Assembly (NCBI GenBank): GCA_965223795.1
Contig: CBDCXL010000002.1
Span: forward strand, 2,112,001 to 2,176,000
Origin: Nitrospinales bacterium
GTDB lineage: Bacteria > Nitrospinota > Nitrospinia > Nitrospinales > VA-1
DNA length: 64,000 bases
Direction: 5' to 3'
Shown: one piece after another, positions 20,388-30,273 of the stretch
How positions within the stretch are numbered: the stretch's first letter is position 1
Layout: the number at the start of each line of letters is the position of its first letter
The notes under the pieces: model-generated
Database searches by the model: none
Told to the model about the DNA's origin: nothing
Seen by the model: only the letters and a program-made list of their open reading frames with translations
Translations under genes and position numbers: made by a program

Positions 20388-21437
20388 ATGAACCCTCCTG
20401 TTGACTTTGAATTCTGCGGCCGGCCTCTGGGGGCGGGGCACCCGCCGGTGATCGTGGCGGAGGTGGGTTTCAACCATAACGGCGACGCCGCCCTCGCCAG
20501 GCGGATGATCGAAGCGGCGGCGCAAAGCGGCGCCGACGCGGTGAAGCTGCAGACCTTTGTCGCCGGAGAATTCATTTCCAGGCGTCACCGGGCCGTGGAC
20601 CCGGAGCAACCGGACAACGAGATTCCCATCTACGAGTTCTTCCAGCGCTCCGAGCTCACGCGTGATGAATATGAAGCGTTGTTCGAACACGCACGCGGTC
20701 TCGGCGTGCCGCTGTTCTCGACACCGTTCGACGAGGCATCTCTCGAACTGTTGATCGATTGCAGCACGCCTGCCCTGAAGGTGGCGTCTCCGGATCTCAC
20801 CCACCTTGCGTTCATCCGACAGATGGCGGACTGCGGTGTGCCGCTGGTGATCTCCACCGGGATGGGGACGCACGCGGAAATCGCGGCGGCGCTGAAGGCG
20901 GCGCGGGAGGCGGGCAACGAGCGGCTGGTGCTGTTGCACTGTGTGTCGAACTACCCGTCACGGCATGAGGAGATGAACCTGCGCTGTCTTGAAAAACTGC
21001 AGCAAGCGTTCCAGGTTCCGGTCGGGCTTTCCGATCACACGACGGACAACCTGTCGGCGATCGTCGCGGCGTCGCTGGGGGCGGTGATGATCGAAAAGCA
21101 TTTCACGATCGACCGCGCGCTGCCGGGAGCGGACAACGCGATCTCGATGCAGCCTGAGGATCTGCGCGCGCTGGTTCAAGCGACGCGGGCGGTGCCGAAG
21201 ATACTCGGCGACGGAGAGCGGCGGCTGCAGGATTCGGAGATCCCGGTCAAGGCGGCGGCGCGGCGCAGCCTGGTGGCGCGTTGCGACATCGAGGCCGGCA
21301 CGGTGCTGTCGCAGGAGATGATCGCGGCGAAGCGGCCGGGAACCGGCATCGCGCCCGCAGAGATCGGCCGGTTGCTCGGGAAAAAACTCAAAACCCAAAT
21401 TCTCGAAGATCAGCTTTTCGACTGGGACATGGTGTGA
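20388..21437 (+). CDS. NeuB-family nonulosonic acid synthase with SAF/AFP-like C-terminal domain
   Basis: AEVGFNHNG, AVKLQT, HCVSNYP, GLSDHT, IEKHFT, KRPGTG. Confidence 0.92.
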   Translation: MNPPVDFEFCGRPLGAGHPPVIVAEVGFNHNGDAALARRMIEAAAQSGADAVKLQTFVAGEFISRRHRAVDPEQPDNEIPIYEFFQRSELTRDEYEALFEHARGLGVPLFSTPFDEASLELLIDCSTPALKVASPDLTHLAFIRQMADCGVPLVISTGMGTHAEIAAALKAAREAGNERLVLLHCVSNYPSRHEEMNLRCLEKLQQAFQVPVGLSDHTTDNLSAIVAASLGAVMIEKHFTIDRALPGADNAISMQPEDLRALVQATRAVPKILGDGERRLQDSEIPVKAAARRSLVARCDIEAGTVLSQEMIAAKRPGTGIAPAEIGRLLGKKLKTQILEDQLFDWDMV

Positions 21438-21471
21438 AGTCCGCGTGACGGCCGTTCGGGGGATACGGCTT

Positions 21472-22473
21472 TCAGTTCGCGGTTGCGTTTTTTCCGGCGG
21501 CCTCTGCATCCCGGTTCGTTAACGGCAGGCGGCACAGGCCCGCGACGAGGCTGCCCAGGATGCAGTGTGTCAGGGCGGAGAGGGCGCCCGGCACCGTGGC
21601 CAGGCCGAAGCCGGGAAAGTTGGTGCGCGCCAGCTCGGTCGCCAGCCCGGAGTTCTGCATCCCCACTTCCACCGAAACGGTCTGGGCATCCCGGTTGTCG
21701 AATCGAAGCAGGCGGGCGAGCCCGTATCCCAGAAGAAAACCCAGCGCGTGCAACGTGACGACGGCGGCCAGCAGCGGCAGGCCGGTTGCGACGATGGCGT
21801 CTTTTTTTGCGGCGAGGATGAAATCGACGATGAACACGATGGACAGCACCGCGGCGAAGGGCGTGTAGGCGTTGATCTTCTTCACGCCGTCGTGAAACCA
21901 GCGATTGAGCAGGACGCCCGCGAGCACGGGCAGGACCACCACCTGAAACGTGTCGATCAGCAGACCCAGGGTGTCCACCTCGATGGCGGTTCCCAGCAGC
22001 TCCTCGGAGAGCGAATGGATGAGCCAGGTGGTCAACAGCGGCGTCATGAGGACCGCGAGCAGGGTGGAGACGGTGGTGAGGCTGACGGAAAGGGCGACGT
22101 TGATGCGGGCGATGAAGCACACGACGTTCGAAGCGGTGCCGCCGGGACAGCAGGCGACGAGCACCAGCCCGATGACGTAGTCGATCTGCAGGTGGAAAGC
22201 GCGCGCCAGGAAAAACGCCAGCAGCGGCATGATGGTGTATTGCAGGCCGACGCCCGCGAGGATGGCACGGGGGATTTTGAGGACGCGCGCGAAATCCTGG
22301 AACTCCAGGGTCAGTCCCATGCTCAGCATGATCACGCCGAGGAAGAAGGGGATCCAGGTCGGTTGAAACCAGGTGGCGGTTTCCGGCCGCCACAGGGCGA
22401 GGCCAGCGCCGATCAGCACCCAAAGTGGAAAAGCGTTGGCCAGGGTGAGAAAGAACCGTTCGCTGCGGGACAC
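21472..22473 (-). CDS. Bile acid:sodium symporter family transporter
   Basis: CCPGGTASNV, SVEVGMQNSGLA. Confidence 0.92.
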   Translation of the reverse strand: MSRSERFFLTLANAFPLWVLIGAGLALWRPETATWFQPTWIPFFLGVIMLSMGLTLEFQDFARVLKIPRAILAGVGLQYTIMPLLAFFLARAFHLQIDYVIGLVLVACCPGGTASNVVCFIARINVALSVSLTTVSTLLAVLMTPLLTTWLIHSLSEELLGTAIEVDTLGLLIDTFQVVVLPVLAGVLLNRWFHDGVKKINAYTPFAAVLSIVFIVDFILAAKKDAIVATGLPLLAAVVTLHALGFLLGYGLARLLRFDNRDAQTVSVEVGMQNSGLATELARTNFPGFGLATVPGALSALTHCILGSLVAGLCRLPLTNRDAEAAGKNATAN

Positions 22474-22482
22474 GGAAACGGA

Positions 22483-23124
22483 TCAGTATTTCTGCACGAT
22501 GATGCTGGAGAAGGCGACTTTGCCGTTGTCGAAGGCCTGGTAGCGGATGACCTTGAGGTTTTTGAAAATTTCGAGCATCTCGTTTTCGTTGAGCAGGTAT
22601 TTGGGGTTGAACTTGGCGTACTTCAGATAGTCCGTGTTGTAGGTTTCAATCACCGCCATGCCGCCGGGCTTCAACGCTTCGGCGAACTGGGTGAACAGGC
22701 TGCGCTGCATGTAATAGGTGCAGACGATCAGGTCGTAGGCGTTTTTTTCCATCTGGTGCGTTTCCAGATCGACGACCCTGGTTTCGATCTTCACACCGTG
22801 GTGGGCCGCCAGCTTGTGGGCCTTGTCGAGGCCTTTCTGGGAGATGTCGAGTCCCAGCACGTCGAAGCCCTGCGTCGCCAGATACACGCCGTTGCGCCCT
22901 TCTCCCATCGCCAGATCCACCGCCCGTCCCTTAGGAAGAAGGTGGATGTTTTCTTTCAGGAACGGGATCGGCTGGGTGCCGAACAGGTACTGATCGGGGT
23001 CTTTGTAATGCTCGTCCCAGCGCTCGGCGTCGCGGGGCTTGGCCTCTCCCGTTGCGGGCGTGAGCCCGGCCAGGATAAGCACGGTCAGTGCGAGGACACA
23101 ACTTCGGGCGATCGAAGCTTTCAT
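22483..23124 (-). CDS. TehB-like class I SAM methyltransferase with apparent signal peptide
   Basis: VDLAMGEGRN motif I, LKPGG; hydrophobic N-terminus ending GEA. Confidence 0.8.
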   Translation of the reverse strand: MKASIARSCVLALTVLILAGLTPATGEAKPRDAERWDEHYKDPDQYLFGTQPIPFLKENIHLLPKGRAVDLAMGEGRNGVYLATQGFDVLGLDISQKGLDKAHKLAAHHGVKIETRVVDLETHQMEKNAYDLIVCTYYMQRSLFTQFAEALKPGGMAVIETYNTDYLKYAKFNPKYLLNENEMLEIFKNLKVIRYQAFDNGKVAFSSIIVQKY

Positions 23125-23293
23125 TATCTTTATCCTTCGGGCTTATTTGGGGCGGATTTTCCCGACATTCTACCGGAACCCCCCGGCCCGTTCAAGCCGA
23201 TTTCCCGGTTTGCTTTGCGTTGGAGAGCGTTGTAGAATAAGCCATCCAAAAGGTGTCTGGCCCGTTGATTCAGTGATTCTTTGGGAGGTTCGC

Positions 23294-23851
23294 ATGCCCG
23301 TTCATACACGGATAGTTCGAAGCCTGATTTTCATCCTCTGCGCGTCCATCCTCTGTCTTCCCCTTGCCGCATTCGCAAAGACGCAGGATGCCAAGAAACC
23401 CGTCGCCAGCTCCGCCGACAAGCGATTCCAGGATTTTGGAGACGGCACCGTTCTGGACTCCCGGACCGGCCTGATGTGGATGAAGAAGGATTACTGGCAG
23501 CGCGAGGGCAAATGGGTCAACTGGTACACGGCAAACGAATACGCCCAGAGGATGAACAACAAGGAATTCGCGGGCTACTCCGACTGGCGGCTGCCCACTG
23601 CCGAAGAGGCGGCCAGCCTGTACGACCGCCGCAAGCGCAACGTGGACAAAGACGGAGATAAAATCTACCTCGACCGCATGTTCCCGAAAGGCGCCGGCTG
23701 GAGCACCTGGACCAGCGACGAGAAAAGCAGCAAGGCGGTCGTGGTTTCCCTGAAGGATGAAGGCGGCAGCAGCTACCAGGACAAGATCACCGGCACGGAC
23801 GCGTTTCTGCGCCTGGTGCGCGGACCGCTCCCCTCGGCGAAGCTGAATTGA
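23294..23851 (+). CDS. Exported DUF1566 (Lcl) domain protein
   Basis: RFQDFGDGTVLDSRTGLMW, GYSDWRLPT; signal peptide. Confidence 0.85.
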   Translation: MPVHTRIVRSLIFILCASILCLPLAAFAKTQDAKKPVASSADKRFQDFGDGTVLDSRTGLMWMKKDYWQREGKWVNWYTANEYAQRMNNKEFAGYSDWRLPTAEEAASLYDRRKRNVDKDGDKIYLDRMFPKGAGWSTWTSDEKSSKAVVVSLKDEGGSSYQDKITGTDAFLRLVRGPLPSAKLN

Positions 23852-24353
23852 CGCGGACCTCTCCGCGTTTCTGAATCCTCCCTCCCTAGTTTCGCAGCCT
23901 GAGTTCCGGCATCGCATCGTCATCCCCGATCGTTCGCTGCCGGCGCAGGTGGTATTTTTACGACAGTCGTTTCACGATTCCACGGTGTCTGAATTCCAGT
24001 TTTCGCTCTCTTTTTTTTCTTCCCCAACTCCCATAATACAAATCGAAGGCTGCCGCAACGGTTGACCGCTCTCCTGCTTGTAGGGTGGATTCATCGCGGC
24101 GGACGGTGCGTTCCGGGCCGCATTCAAACCTGTCAAACCGGGCTCGGGAGGGGCCGCCGGAGCCCCGCAGGCCTGGAAACCGGGGTGGAATCCGGCGGTG
24201 CTTTGGGATTATGATTGGATTGAACCGATATCGTTTTCTGGGGAGGCGCGGCAACACAGGCTGCAAAGGGCAACGGCCCTTTTACGGCCTCGCTCGATTT
24301 GAAACGAATTCTGGCAATCAAAAGGTGCTTAATTTCAGCAAAGGAGAGACATC

Positions 24354-24983
24354 ATGAACCACACCCGATTTATTCGACCGATTCTGTTGTTCGCTGTCCT
24401 GTTCGCGGCCTCGTCTTCCGCCTGGATCGTGAAGGAGGCGCAGGCCAACCCGCTCAAGGGCTACACCATTCATGTGACCGCGCCGCACATCATGGACGGG
24501 GAAGTCATCGGTCCGTTCCACCATTTCTGCAAGCCCATCAACAGCGACATCATCCAGTGCATTCTGTTCGAGTCCACCGATGAGAACGCGCGGCTGACCG
24601 AGGTCGAATACATGGTCTCGAAAAAACTGGCGCGCAATGTGATCCCCAAATGGTCGCACCAGAAAAACTGGCACGACCACAAACAGGAAATCGAGACCGG
24701 ACGCGTCGCCATCGTGAACCCGTCCGACGCGGCGGAACAGAAGAAACTGGCCGAGTATGTGAGCGACACGGACGGCATCATCTTTCACCTCTGGCCGCAC
24801 GACGCGCCGATCCCCGACGGTTCGGTGGGCATCGCGCAATCGATCGGACACTGGGAAGCCATTCACGGAAAGGTGGATGAGACGGCACAGAAATCAAAGT
24901 CATCGGATTCCGATGAATCGGGATTTTTCTCGGAAGTGCTCAAGCGGCTGGGCATCCAGGAAGTGCAGGGTGCGTTCAAGTGA
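24354..24983 (+). CDS. Exported DUF1264/OBAP-family protein
   Basis: HHFCK...QCILFES...ARLTEVEYMVS, WHDHKQE; signal peptide; AAGGAG RBS. Confidence 0.78.
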   Translation: MNHTRFIRPILLFAVLFAASSSAWIVKEAQANPLKGYTIHVTAPHIMDGEVIGPFHHFCKPINSDIIQCILFESTDENARLTEVEYMVSKKLARNVIPKWSHQKNWHDHKQEIETGRVAIVNPSDAAEQKKLAEYVSDTDGIIFHLWPHDAPIPDGSVGIAQSIGHWEAIHGKVDETAQKSKSSDSDESGFFSEVLKRLGIQEVQGAFK

Positions 24984-25120
24984 CCGCGCCGGCTGTTTTG
25001 ACGGAGTTTTAATACCTGCTGTTTCGGGCGCGGGCTTTGCCTTCGGCCAGGTCCGCACCCGAACGCAGGCTGATATCGAATACATGGACTTTTTAAGAAA
25101 AATCGATAGAGGAACGCGAG

Positions 25121-25555
25121 ATGTGGACCCTTAAAAAATTCGGCACGTTGTTCATCGCTGGTTTTCTGCTTCTCGCCCTGGGACGGGCCGGGGCGTTTCA
25201 CGGGGATATCTATGAACCGCGCGTTCCTCCTGAACAGCTCGAAAGGGTTCAGGAAATCGAAAACCCCTTTCCTGCCACGCCCGAACGGGTGGAGGCGGGA
25301 AAGGAGATCTATTTCGGCAAGGGGCTCTGCGTCACCTGCCACAGCAACAACGGCAAGGGCGTGCGCATTCCCGGCCACTCTCCGCGCGATTTCACCGATA
25401 CCAAGTGGCAGGAAATACGAACGGACGGCGAGTTGATGTGGATCCTTAGAAACGGCAGTCCGGGAACGGGCATGCCCGTGCGGGTGGGAAAGGTGATCAC
25501 GGAGGAGGAAGGCTGGAACGTCATTCATTATATCCGCACTTTTTCCGGCCAGTGA
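25121..25555 (+). CDS. Exported monoheme cytochrome c
   Basis: Signal peptide, CVTCH, GSPGTGMP axial Met. Confidence 0.9.
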   Translation: MWTLKKFGTLFIAGFLLLALGRAGAFHGDIYEPRVPPEQLERVQEIENPFPATPERVEAGKEIYFGKGLCVTCHSNNGKGVRIPGHSPRDFTDTKWQEIRTDGELMWILRNGSPGTGMPVRVGKVITEEEGWNVIHYIRTFSGQ

Positions 25556-25633
25556 GGCCTGGGTCGTGCCTTGTGCCGGAAGACCGTGCGCGCTGCCGGG
25601 GCTGTTCGTGATTTATATAAAAGGAGGTGCATC

Positions 25634-27061
25634 ATGTTTTTCAAACAATATTATTTAGGCTGTCTCGCCCACGCCTCGTATCTGATCGGCGATGCAAAAA
25701 CCCGGACGGCGGTGGTGGTCGACCCGCAGCGGGACATCGAACAATATATAAACGATGCGGACGCAAACGGCTTTCGCATCGCGCATGTCATCCTCACGCA
25801 TTTTCACGCGGATTTCGTGGCCGGCCACCTTGAACTGCGCGACCGGGCAGGGGCGACGATCCATCTGGGCGCGAAAGCGCAGGCGGAGTACGATTTCGTT
25901 CCGCAAAAAGACAAAAGCCGGCTTGAGATCGGGAATGTGGTGCTTGAGTTTCTGGAAACGCCGGGACACACGCCCGAGGGGATTTCCATTCTTGTTCATG
26001 ACCTTGAAAAAAACCGCAAACAGCCGCAGATGGTTCTGACCGGGGACACGCTGTTCATCGGCGATGTGGGGCGGCCGGACCTGATGGCTTCGGAAGGCAT
26101 CACCGAAAAAGAACTTGCCAGCATGCTGTACGACTCTTTGCACGAAAAACTGATGCCGCTTCCGGACGACACGCTGGTCTACCCCGCACATGGGGCGGGA
26201 TCGCTGTGCGGGAAGAACCTGAGCGACGACACGGTGTCCACCATCGGCCGCCAGAAACAGTCGAACTACGCCCTGCAGCCGATGAGCCGCGAGGAATTCA
26301 TCGCCCTGGTCACGGAAAACCTTCCGCAGGCGCCGCAGTATTTTTCCTACGACGCCCGGCTGAACAAAAAGGAACGGCAGAACCTGGACAGTGCGCTGCG
26401 TGAAAGCCTGCGGCCGCTCTCACTCGAAGAGGTGCTGCAAAGGCAGAATGCCGGAGACCAGATTCTCGACACGCGCCCGGAATCGGATTTCAACGCGGGT
26501 CACCTGAAAGGCGCGGTGCAGGTGGGGCTGGGCGGCAAGTTCGCCACCTGGGCGGGGATTGTGCTGGATCCCGACATTCCCATCGTCATCATCGCGGAGC
26601 CGGGAAGCGAATACGAAGCGGAGATGCGGCTGGGCCGCATCGGTTTTGATAAAGTAGAGGGTTACCTCAAGGACGGCATGCGGGCGCTGGAGGAAAGGCC
26701 GGATCTCACCGATTCGGTGACCAGCGCGACGCCGGAAGAATTGCTTGCTCTGCTTGAAAAAGGCGGGACGCCGTATGTGCTCGATATCCGTTCCGCCGCC
26801 GAATTCAAGGACGGACACATCGCGAACGCGGTCTCCCTGCCGCTCAACGATCTGAAGCGACGGATCGATGAAGTCCCCAAAGACCGCCCGGTGTGGGTCC
26901 ACTGTGCCGGCGGATACCGTTCCGTCATCGCTAGCAGCCTGCTCAAGAAAAACGGAGTGGCACAGACGATCAATCTATTGGGCGGGCTGGAAGGCCTGAA
27001 ACGCTACCGCGCGTTCGAAGAAAAGTTTTTCAGCCGCGACGGGAATGCCGTGGGTGTCTGA
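25634..27061 (+). CDS. MBL-fold persulfide dioxygenase with two rhodanese domains (CstB-like)
   Basis: THFHADF, TPGHT, HGAGSLCGK, VHCAGGYRS; AGGAGG RBS before ATG 25634. Confidence 0.88.
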   Translation: MFFKQYYLGCLAHASYLIGDAKTRTAVVVDPQRDIEQYINDADANGFRIAHVILTHFHADFVAGHLELRDRAGATIHLGAKAQAEYDFVPQKDKSRLEIGNVVLEFLETPGHTPEGISILVHDLEKNRKQPQMVLTGDTLFIGDVGRPDLMASEGITEKELASMLYDSLHEKLMPLPDDTLVYPAHGAGSLCGKNLSDDTVSTIGRQKQSNYALQPMSREEFIALVTENLPQAPQYFSYDARLNKKERQNLDSALRESLRPLSLEEVLQRQNAGDQILDTRPESDFNAGHLKGAVQVGLGGKFATWAGIVLDPDIPIVIIAEPGSEYEAEMRLGRIGFDKVEGYLKDGMRALEERPDLTDSVTSATPEELLALLEKGGTPYVLDIRSAAEFKDGHIANAVSLPLNDLKRRIDEVPKDRPVWVHCAGGYRSVIASSLLKKNGVAQTINLLGGLEGLKRYRAFEEKFFSRDGNAVGV

Positions 27062-27108
27062 GGAATCTTATTATTGAGAGGATTTTATATTCGAGGAGCA
27101 AGAGGGCC

Positions 27109-28317
27109 ATGCGTTGTTCAAGAAAAGCCATCGGATTCCTGCTTTGCGTTCTGTTTCTGGCCAGTGATTTTCTTTCCGGCATGGCCGAGGCCATTCCCGT
27201 TTTTGCCCGGCGCTACAAGGTGAGCTGCACGGTCTGTCACATCGGTTTCCCCAAACTGAACGGCTTCGGCGAAGCGTTCGCGGGCAACGGCTACCGGTTC
27301 CCCGGTGCGGACCTGAAAGATCAGAGCGTGGAAACGGGCGACGACAAGCTGCAGCTTCTGGATCATCTGCCGCTGGCGATCCGCGCCGATTCGTTTTTCC
27401 GGGTGCGCAACGACACCCGAACCAAAACCGATTTTGAAGTCCCGTTCGCCATCAAGGTTTTATCGAGCGCGCCCATCACCGACAACATCTCATACTATTT
27501 TTATTTTCTGTTCGACGAACGCGGGGACACGGGCGGTGTGGAGGACGCGTTCATCTTTCTGAACGATGCCTATAAAGATGTCGATCTCGACCTTCGCATC
27601 GGCCAGTTTCAGGTCACGGACATCCTGTTTCCCAGGGAACAGCGGCTGACCTTTCAGGATTTCACCTATTACGTCACCGAGGTCAGCGCCAGCGGATTCA
27701 ATCTGACCTACGACCGGGCGGCGGAGCTTTCCTACAATTTCGATGTCACCGACTCGTTCGGCGCGGGCCTGGTGGTGGGCGTCGCCAACGGCAACGGGAT
27801 CGGCACGGCGGACAGCGACCGCAATTTCGATTCGGACGGCTTCAAGAACGTTTACGGAAAGGTGTCGCTGTCGCTCGGGGATCAGGGCGCGGGGGTGTAT
27901 GTCTACAGCGGGAGAGAAGAAAATCCCGTGGCTATCCGCAATGAGTTCATCCGCGTCGGGCCGGATTTCAATTTCTGGCTGTTCGAAGACTGGAATCTGT
28001 GGGGAAATTTTTTATACGGAAAGGATTCGAACGCGCGGTTCACAGAGGGATCGTTGGGCGAAATCGAATCCTGGGGCGGCTTCGCGGGTGTCACGCATGC
28101 GTTTGCCGAGGACTGGATTTTGAACCTTTTGTACAACCGCGTGAAGGTGTACGGAAGGCAGGACCTGGACGCCAACACGATGACGGTGAACGTCACCTAT
28201 TTTCTCAGGCGCAATTTCAAATTGCTGGCTGAATTCACGGGAGATCTGGAGGGGACCAACGCGTTTCATCCTGTGAAAGAACACACGGGAGTGCTGGGAA
28301 TCGTTTTGGCTTATTAG
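27109..28317 (+). CDS. Cyc2-like outer-membrane cytochrome c-porin fusion
   Basis: Signal peptide, then AIPVFARRYKVSCTVCHIGFPKLNGFG; about 330 aa of amphipathic beta strands; terminal aromatic residue (VLAY). Confidence 0.85.
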   Translation: MRCSRKAIGFLLCVLFLASDFLSGMAEAIPVFARRYKVSCTVCHIGFPKLNGFGEAFAGNGYRFPGADLKDQSVETGDDKLQLLDHLPLAIRADSFFRVRNDTRTKTDFEVPFAIKVLSSAPITDNISYYFYFLFDERGDTGGVEDAFIFLNDAYKDVDLDLRIGQFQVTDILFPREQRLTFQDFTYYVTEVSASGFNLTYDRAAELSYNFDVTDSFGAGLVVGVANGNGIGTADSDRNFDSDGFKNVYGKVSLSLGDQGAGVYVYSGREENPVAIRNEFIRVGPDFNFWLFEDWNLWGNFLYGKDSNARFTEGSLGEIESWGGFAGVTHAFAEDWILNLLYNRVKVYGRQDLDANTMTVNVTYFLRRNFKLLAEFTGDLEGTNAFHPVKEHTGVLGIVLAY

Positions 28318-28356
28318 CGATCGCTCGGCTTGCCCGGTAAGACAAGGAGGGTTGTC

Positions 28357-28956
28357 ATGAAGAACAGCCGCTTGCGGGCGATTTCCGTTTCGTTGGGTGG
28401 ATGCTTTTTTCTGCTGATTTTTTGTGTCGGTCCGGTTGCGGCCCTGCCTGCCGGGGAGATATCGCGGGATTCCACGAATATCCCCGTGCCGTTTTTGAAT
28501 CGGATTTCGGATCACGGGATCCGGCTTGTGGTGCACGGCGGTGCGCCGCACCCGCCCAAAAAAGCCGTTGTGGACGAGCAGCCCGGGATCTGCCCGCAAC
28601 AGCGTAACACGCCGCAGGCGCCCAGGGAGATTCAGGCGATGACCAATCCGCTTGAACCGACGGCAAAAAACCTGACGGCGGGCGAGACGCTGTTCAAGAT
28701 CGACGCCCAGCCGACGGCCTGCAAAGTGTGTCACGGCCTGGGCGGAGATGGCCTGGGCATCATTTTCGAGCGGCTGCAGCCCAAACCGCGCAATTTCACC
28801 TGCTATTATACGATGGACGATATATCCGACGGGCAGATGTTCTGGATCATCAAAAACGGTTCTCCCGGCACGGCCATGCCTGCATTCAGATCTTTGAGTG
28901 ACAGGGAAATCTGGCAGTTGATATTATATGTGCGTCAGTTTTCGGGAAAACAGTGA
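28357..28956 (+). CDS. Exported monoheme cytochrome c (CPQ type)
   Basis: CPQQRNTP, CKVCH, PRNFTC, GTAMP. Confidence 0.9.
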   Translation: MKNSRLRAISVSLGGCFFLLIFCVGPVAALPAGEISRDSTNIPVPFLNRISDHGIRLVVHGGAPHPPKKAVVDEQPGICPQQRNTPQAPREIQAMTNPLEPTAKNLTAGETLFKIDAQPTACKVCHGLGGDGLGIIFERLQPKPRNFTCYYTMDDISDGQMFWIIKNGSPGTAMPAFRSLSDREIWQLILYVRQFSGKQ

Positions 28957-29017
28957 AGGACGATGGCGGTCGAACGATTTCCCGCGTTCGACCGGTGAGA
29001 ACGAAAGAGGAAGGCAG

Positions 29018-29641
29018 ATGACTCGACTTAAAGATGAACGGTCCGTTCGCAATGATCGGAGCGTCGCTCAATGGAAGCAGCGCTTTGGTTTGAATCTGAA
29101 TGCGCGCAACAACTTTCGCAAAGTAACTTTGCAATCCGTTTGCGCGGGCCTTGTGCTGTTTTTAATGGCAGGCGATCTGTTCGCTCTGCCCAGCGGCATG
29201 CACCGGCCGGGCAGGCAGCATGATACGCCGAATCAACTGCATCCCGGCATCCACAGTGAAGGTCATGTCGGGCCGGGTGTCTGCCCGCAAAAGAGAACCA
29301 CGCCGCAGGCGCCGGATGATTATCTCAACCGCAAAAATCCCCTCGAGCCCACCGAAGAGATTCTCTACGCCGGTGAAGCTCTCTTTCAGGTGGACGCGCA
29401 GCCCACGGCCTGCAAGATCTGCCACGGGGCGTCGGGCAACGGTTTCGGGATGATGGCGCCGGGGCTCAATCCGCCGCCGCGCAATTTCAAATGCGCGGAA
29501 ACCATGAAATCCATACCGGACGGCCAGTTGTTCTGGGTCATACAGAAAGGTTCCCCGGGAACGCAAATGCCGCCTTATCCGTTTCTCACGGATGAACAGA
29601 TCTGGCAGATCGTCCATTATCTGAGAAGCCTGTATAAGTGA
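29018..29641 (+). CDS. Exported monoheme cytochrome c (CPQ type, His-rich N-terminal segment)
   Basis: CPQKRTTP, CKICH, PRNFKC, GTQMP; start uncertain. Confidence 0.88.
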   Translation: MTRLKDERSVRNDRSVAQWKQRFGLNLNARNNFRKVTLQSVCAGLVLFLMAGDLFALPSGMHRPGRQHDTPNQLHPGIHSEGHVGPGVCPQKRTTPQAPDDYLNRKNPLEPTEEILYAGEALFQVDAQPTACKICHGASGNGFGMMAPGLNPPPRNFKCAETMKSIPDGQLFWVIQKGSPGTQMPPYPFLTDEQIWQIVHYLRSLYK

Positions 29642-30150
29642 TCTCCCGGCTCTGGGATCCTCACACTGTGGCGGTCGGGTTTGTGCTGTCCGCGATTGTA
29701 TTCACCGGCGCGGCCCGCTCTCCCGCCGGTGTCCAACCCGAAGTCCCGCAAAAGACGCCGGAGTTCATGCGGACGGCTGCGGGCATCTGCCCGCAGAAGC
29801 GCAAGACCCGCCGCGCCCCGCGGCGATATCTCAAAAAAATCAATCCGCTAAAGGATACGGAAGCGAACCTGAAGCAGGGGGAGGCGCTTTACAACAAGGA
29901 CGCGAAGCCGACCGCCTGCCGCCTGTGCCACGGTGTGCGCGGCACCGGCAACGGCAAGCTGGCGATGCCGCTGGATCCGCCGCCGCGCAATTTCACCTGC
30001 GCGGAAAACATGCAGGGTATTTCGGACGGACAGCTTTTCTGGATCATCGCAAACGGATCCAAGGGAACGGGGATGCCGGCGCACGATCGCACGCTGACCG
30101 ATCGGGAGATTTGGCAATTGATCTTATATATCAGGCGTTTTTCGCGTTGA
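29638..30150 (+). CDS. Exported monoheme cytochrome c (CPQ type)
   Basis: CPQKRKT, CRLCH, PRNFTC, GTGMP; GTGA overlap with the previous gene. Confidence 0.9.
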   Translation: MISRLWDPHTVAVGFVLSAIVFTGAARSPAGVQPEVPQKTPEFMRTAAGICPQKRKTRRAPRRYLKKINPLKDTEANLKQGEALYNKDAKPTACRLCHGVRGTGNGKLAMPLDPPPRNFTCAENMQGISDGQLFWIIANGSKGTGMPAHDRTLTDREIWQLILYIRRFSR

Positions 30151-30273
30151 TGGTGGGGAGGAAGCAGGCCGACATTGACTGTCGCTCAAAAATTGAGTAA
30201 TTTCAAAAAAACAATCAATCCGAATCGATTTGAATCCTACCCGCTGGTACTTCGGGGTGCACACTATACAGAC

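Noticed and set aside
24145..24295. Stem-loops in the 500-bp leader of the cytochrome cluster as a riboswitch
   Set aside because: Hairpins are present (CCGCCGGA/TCCGGCGG; AAAGGGC/GCCCTTT) but match no family I can recognise; expected by chance at this GC content
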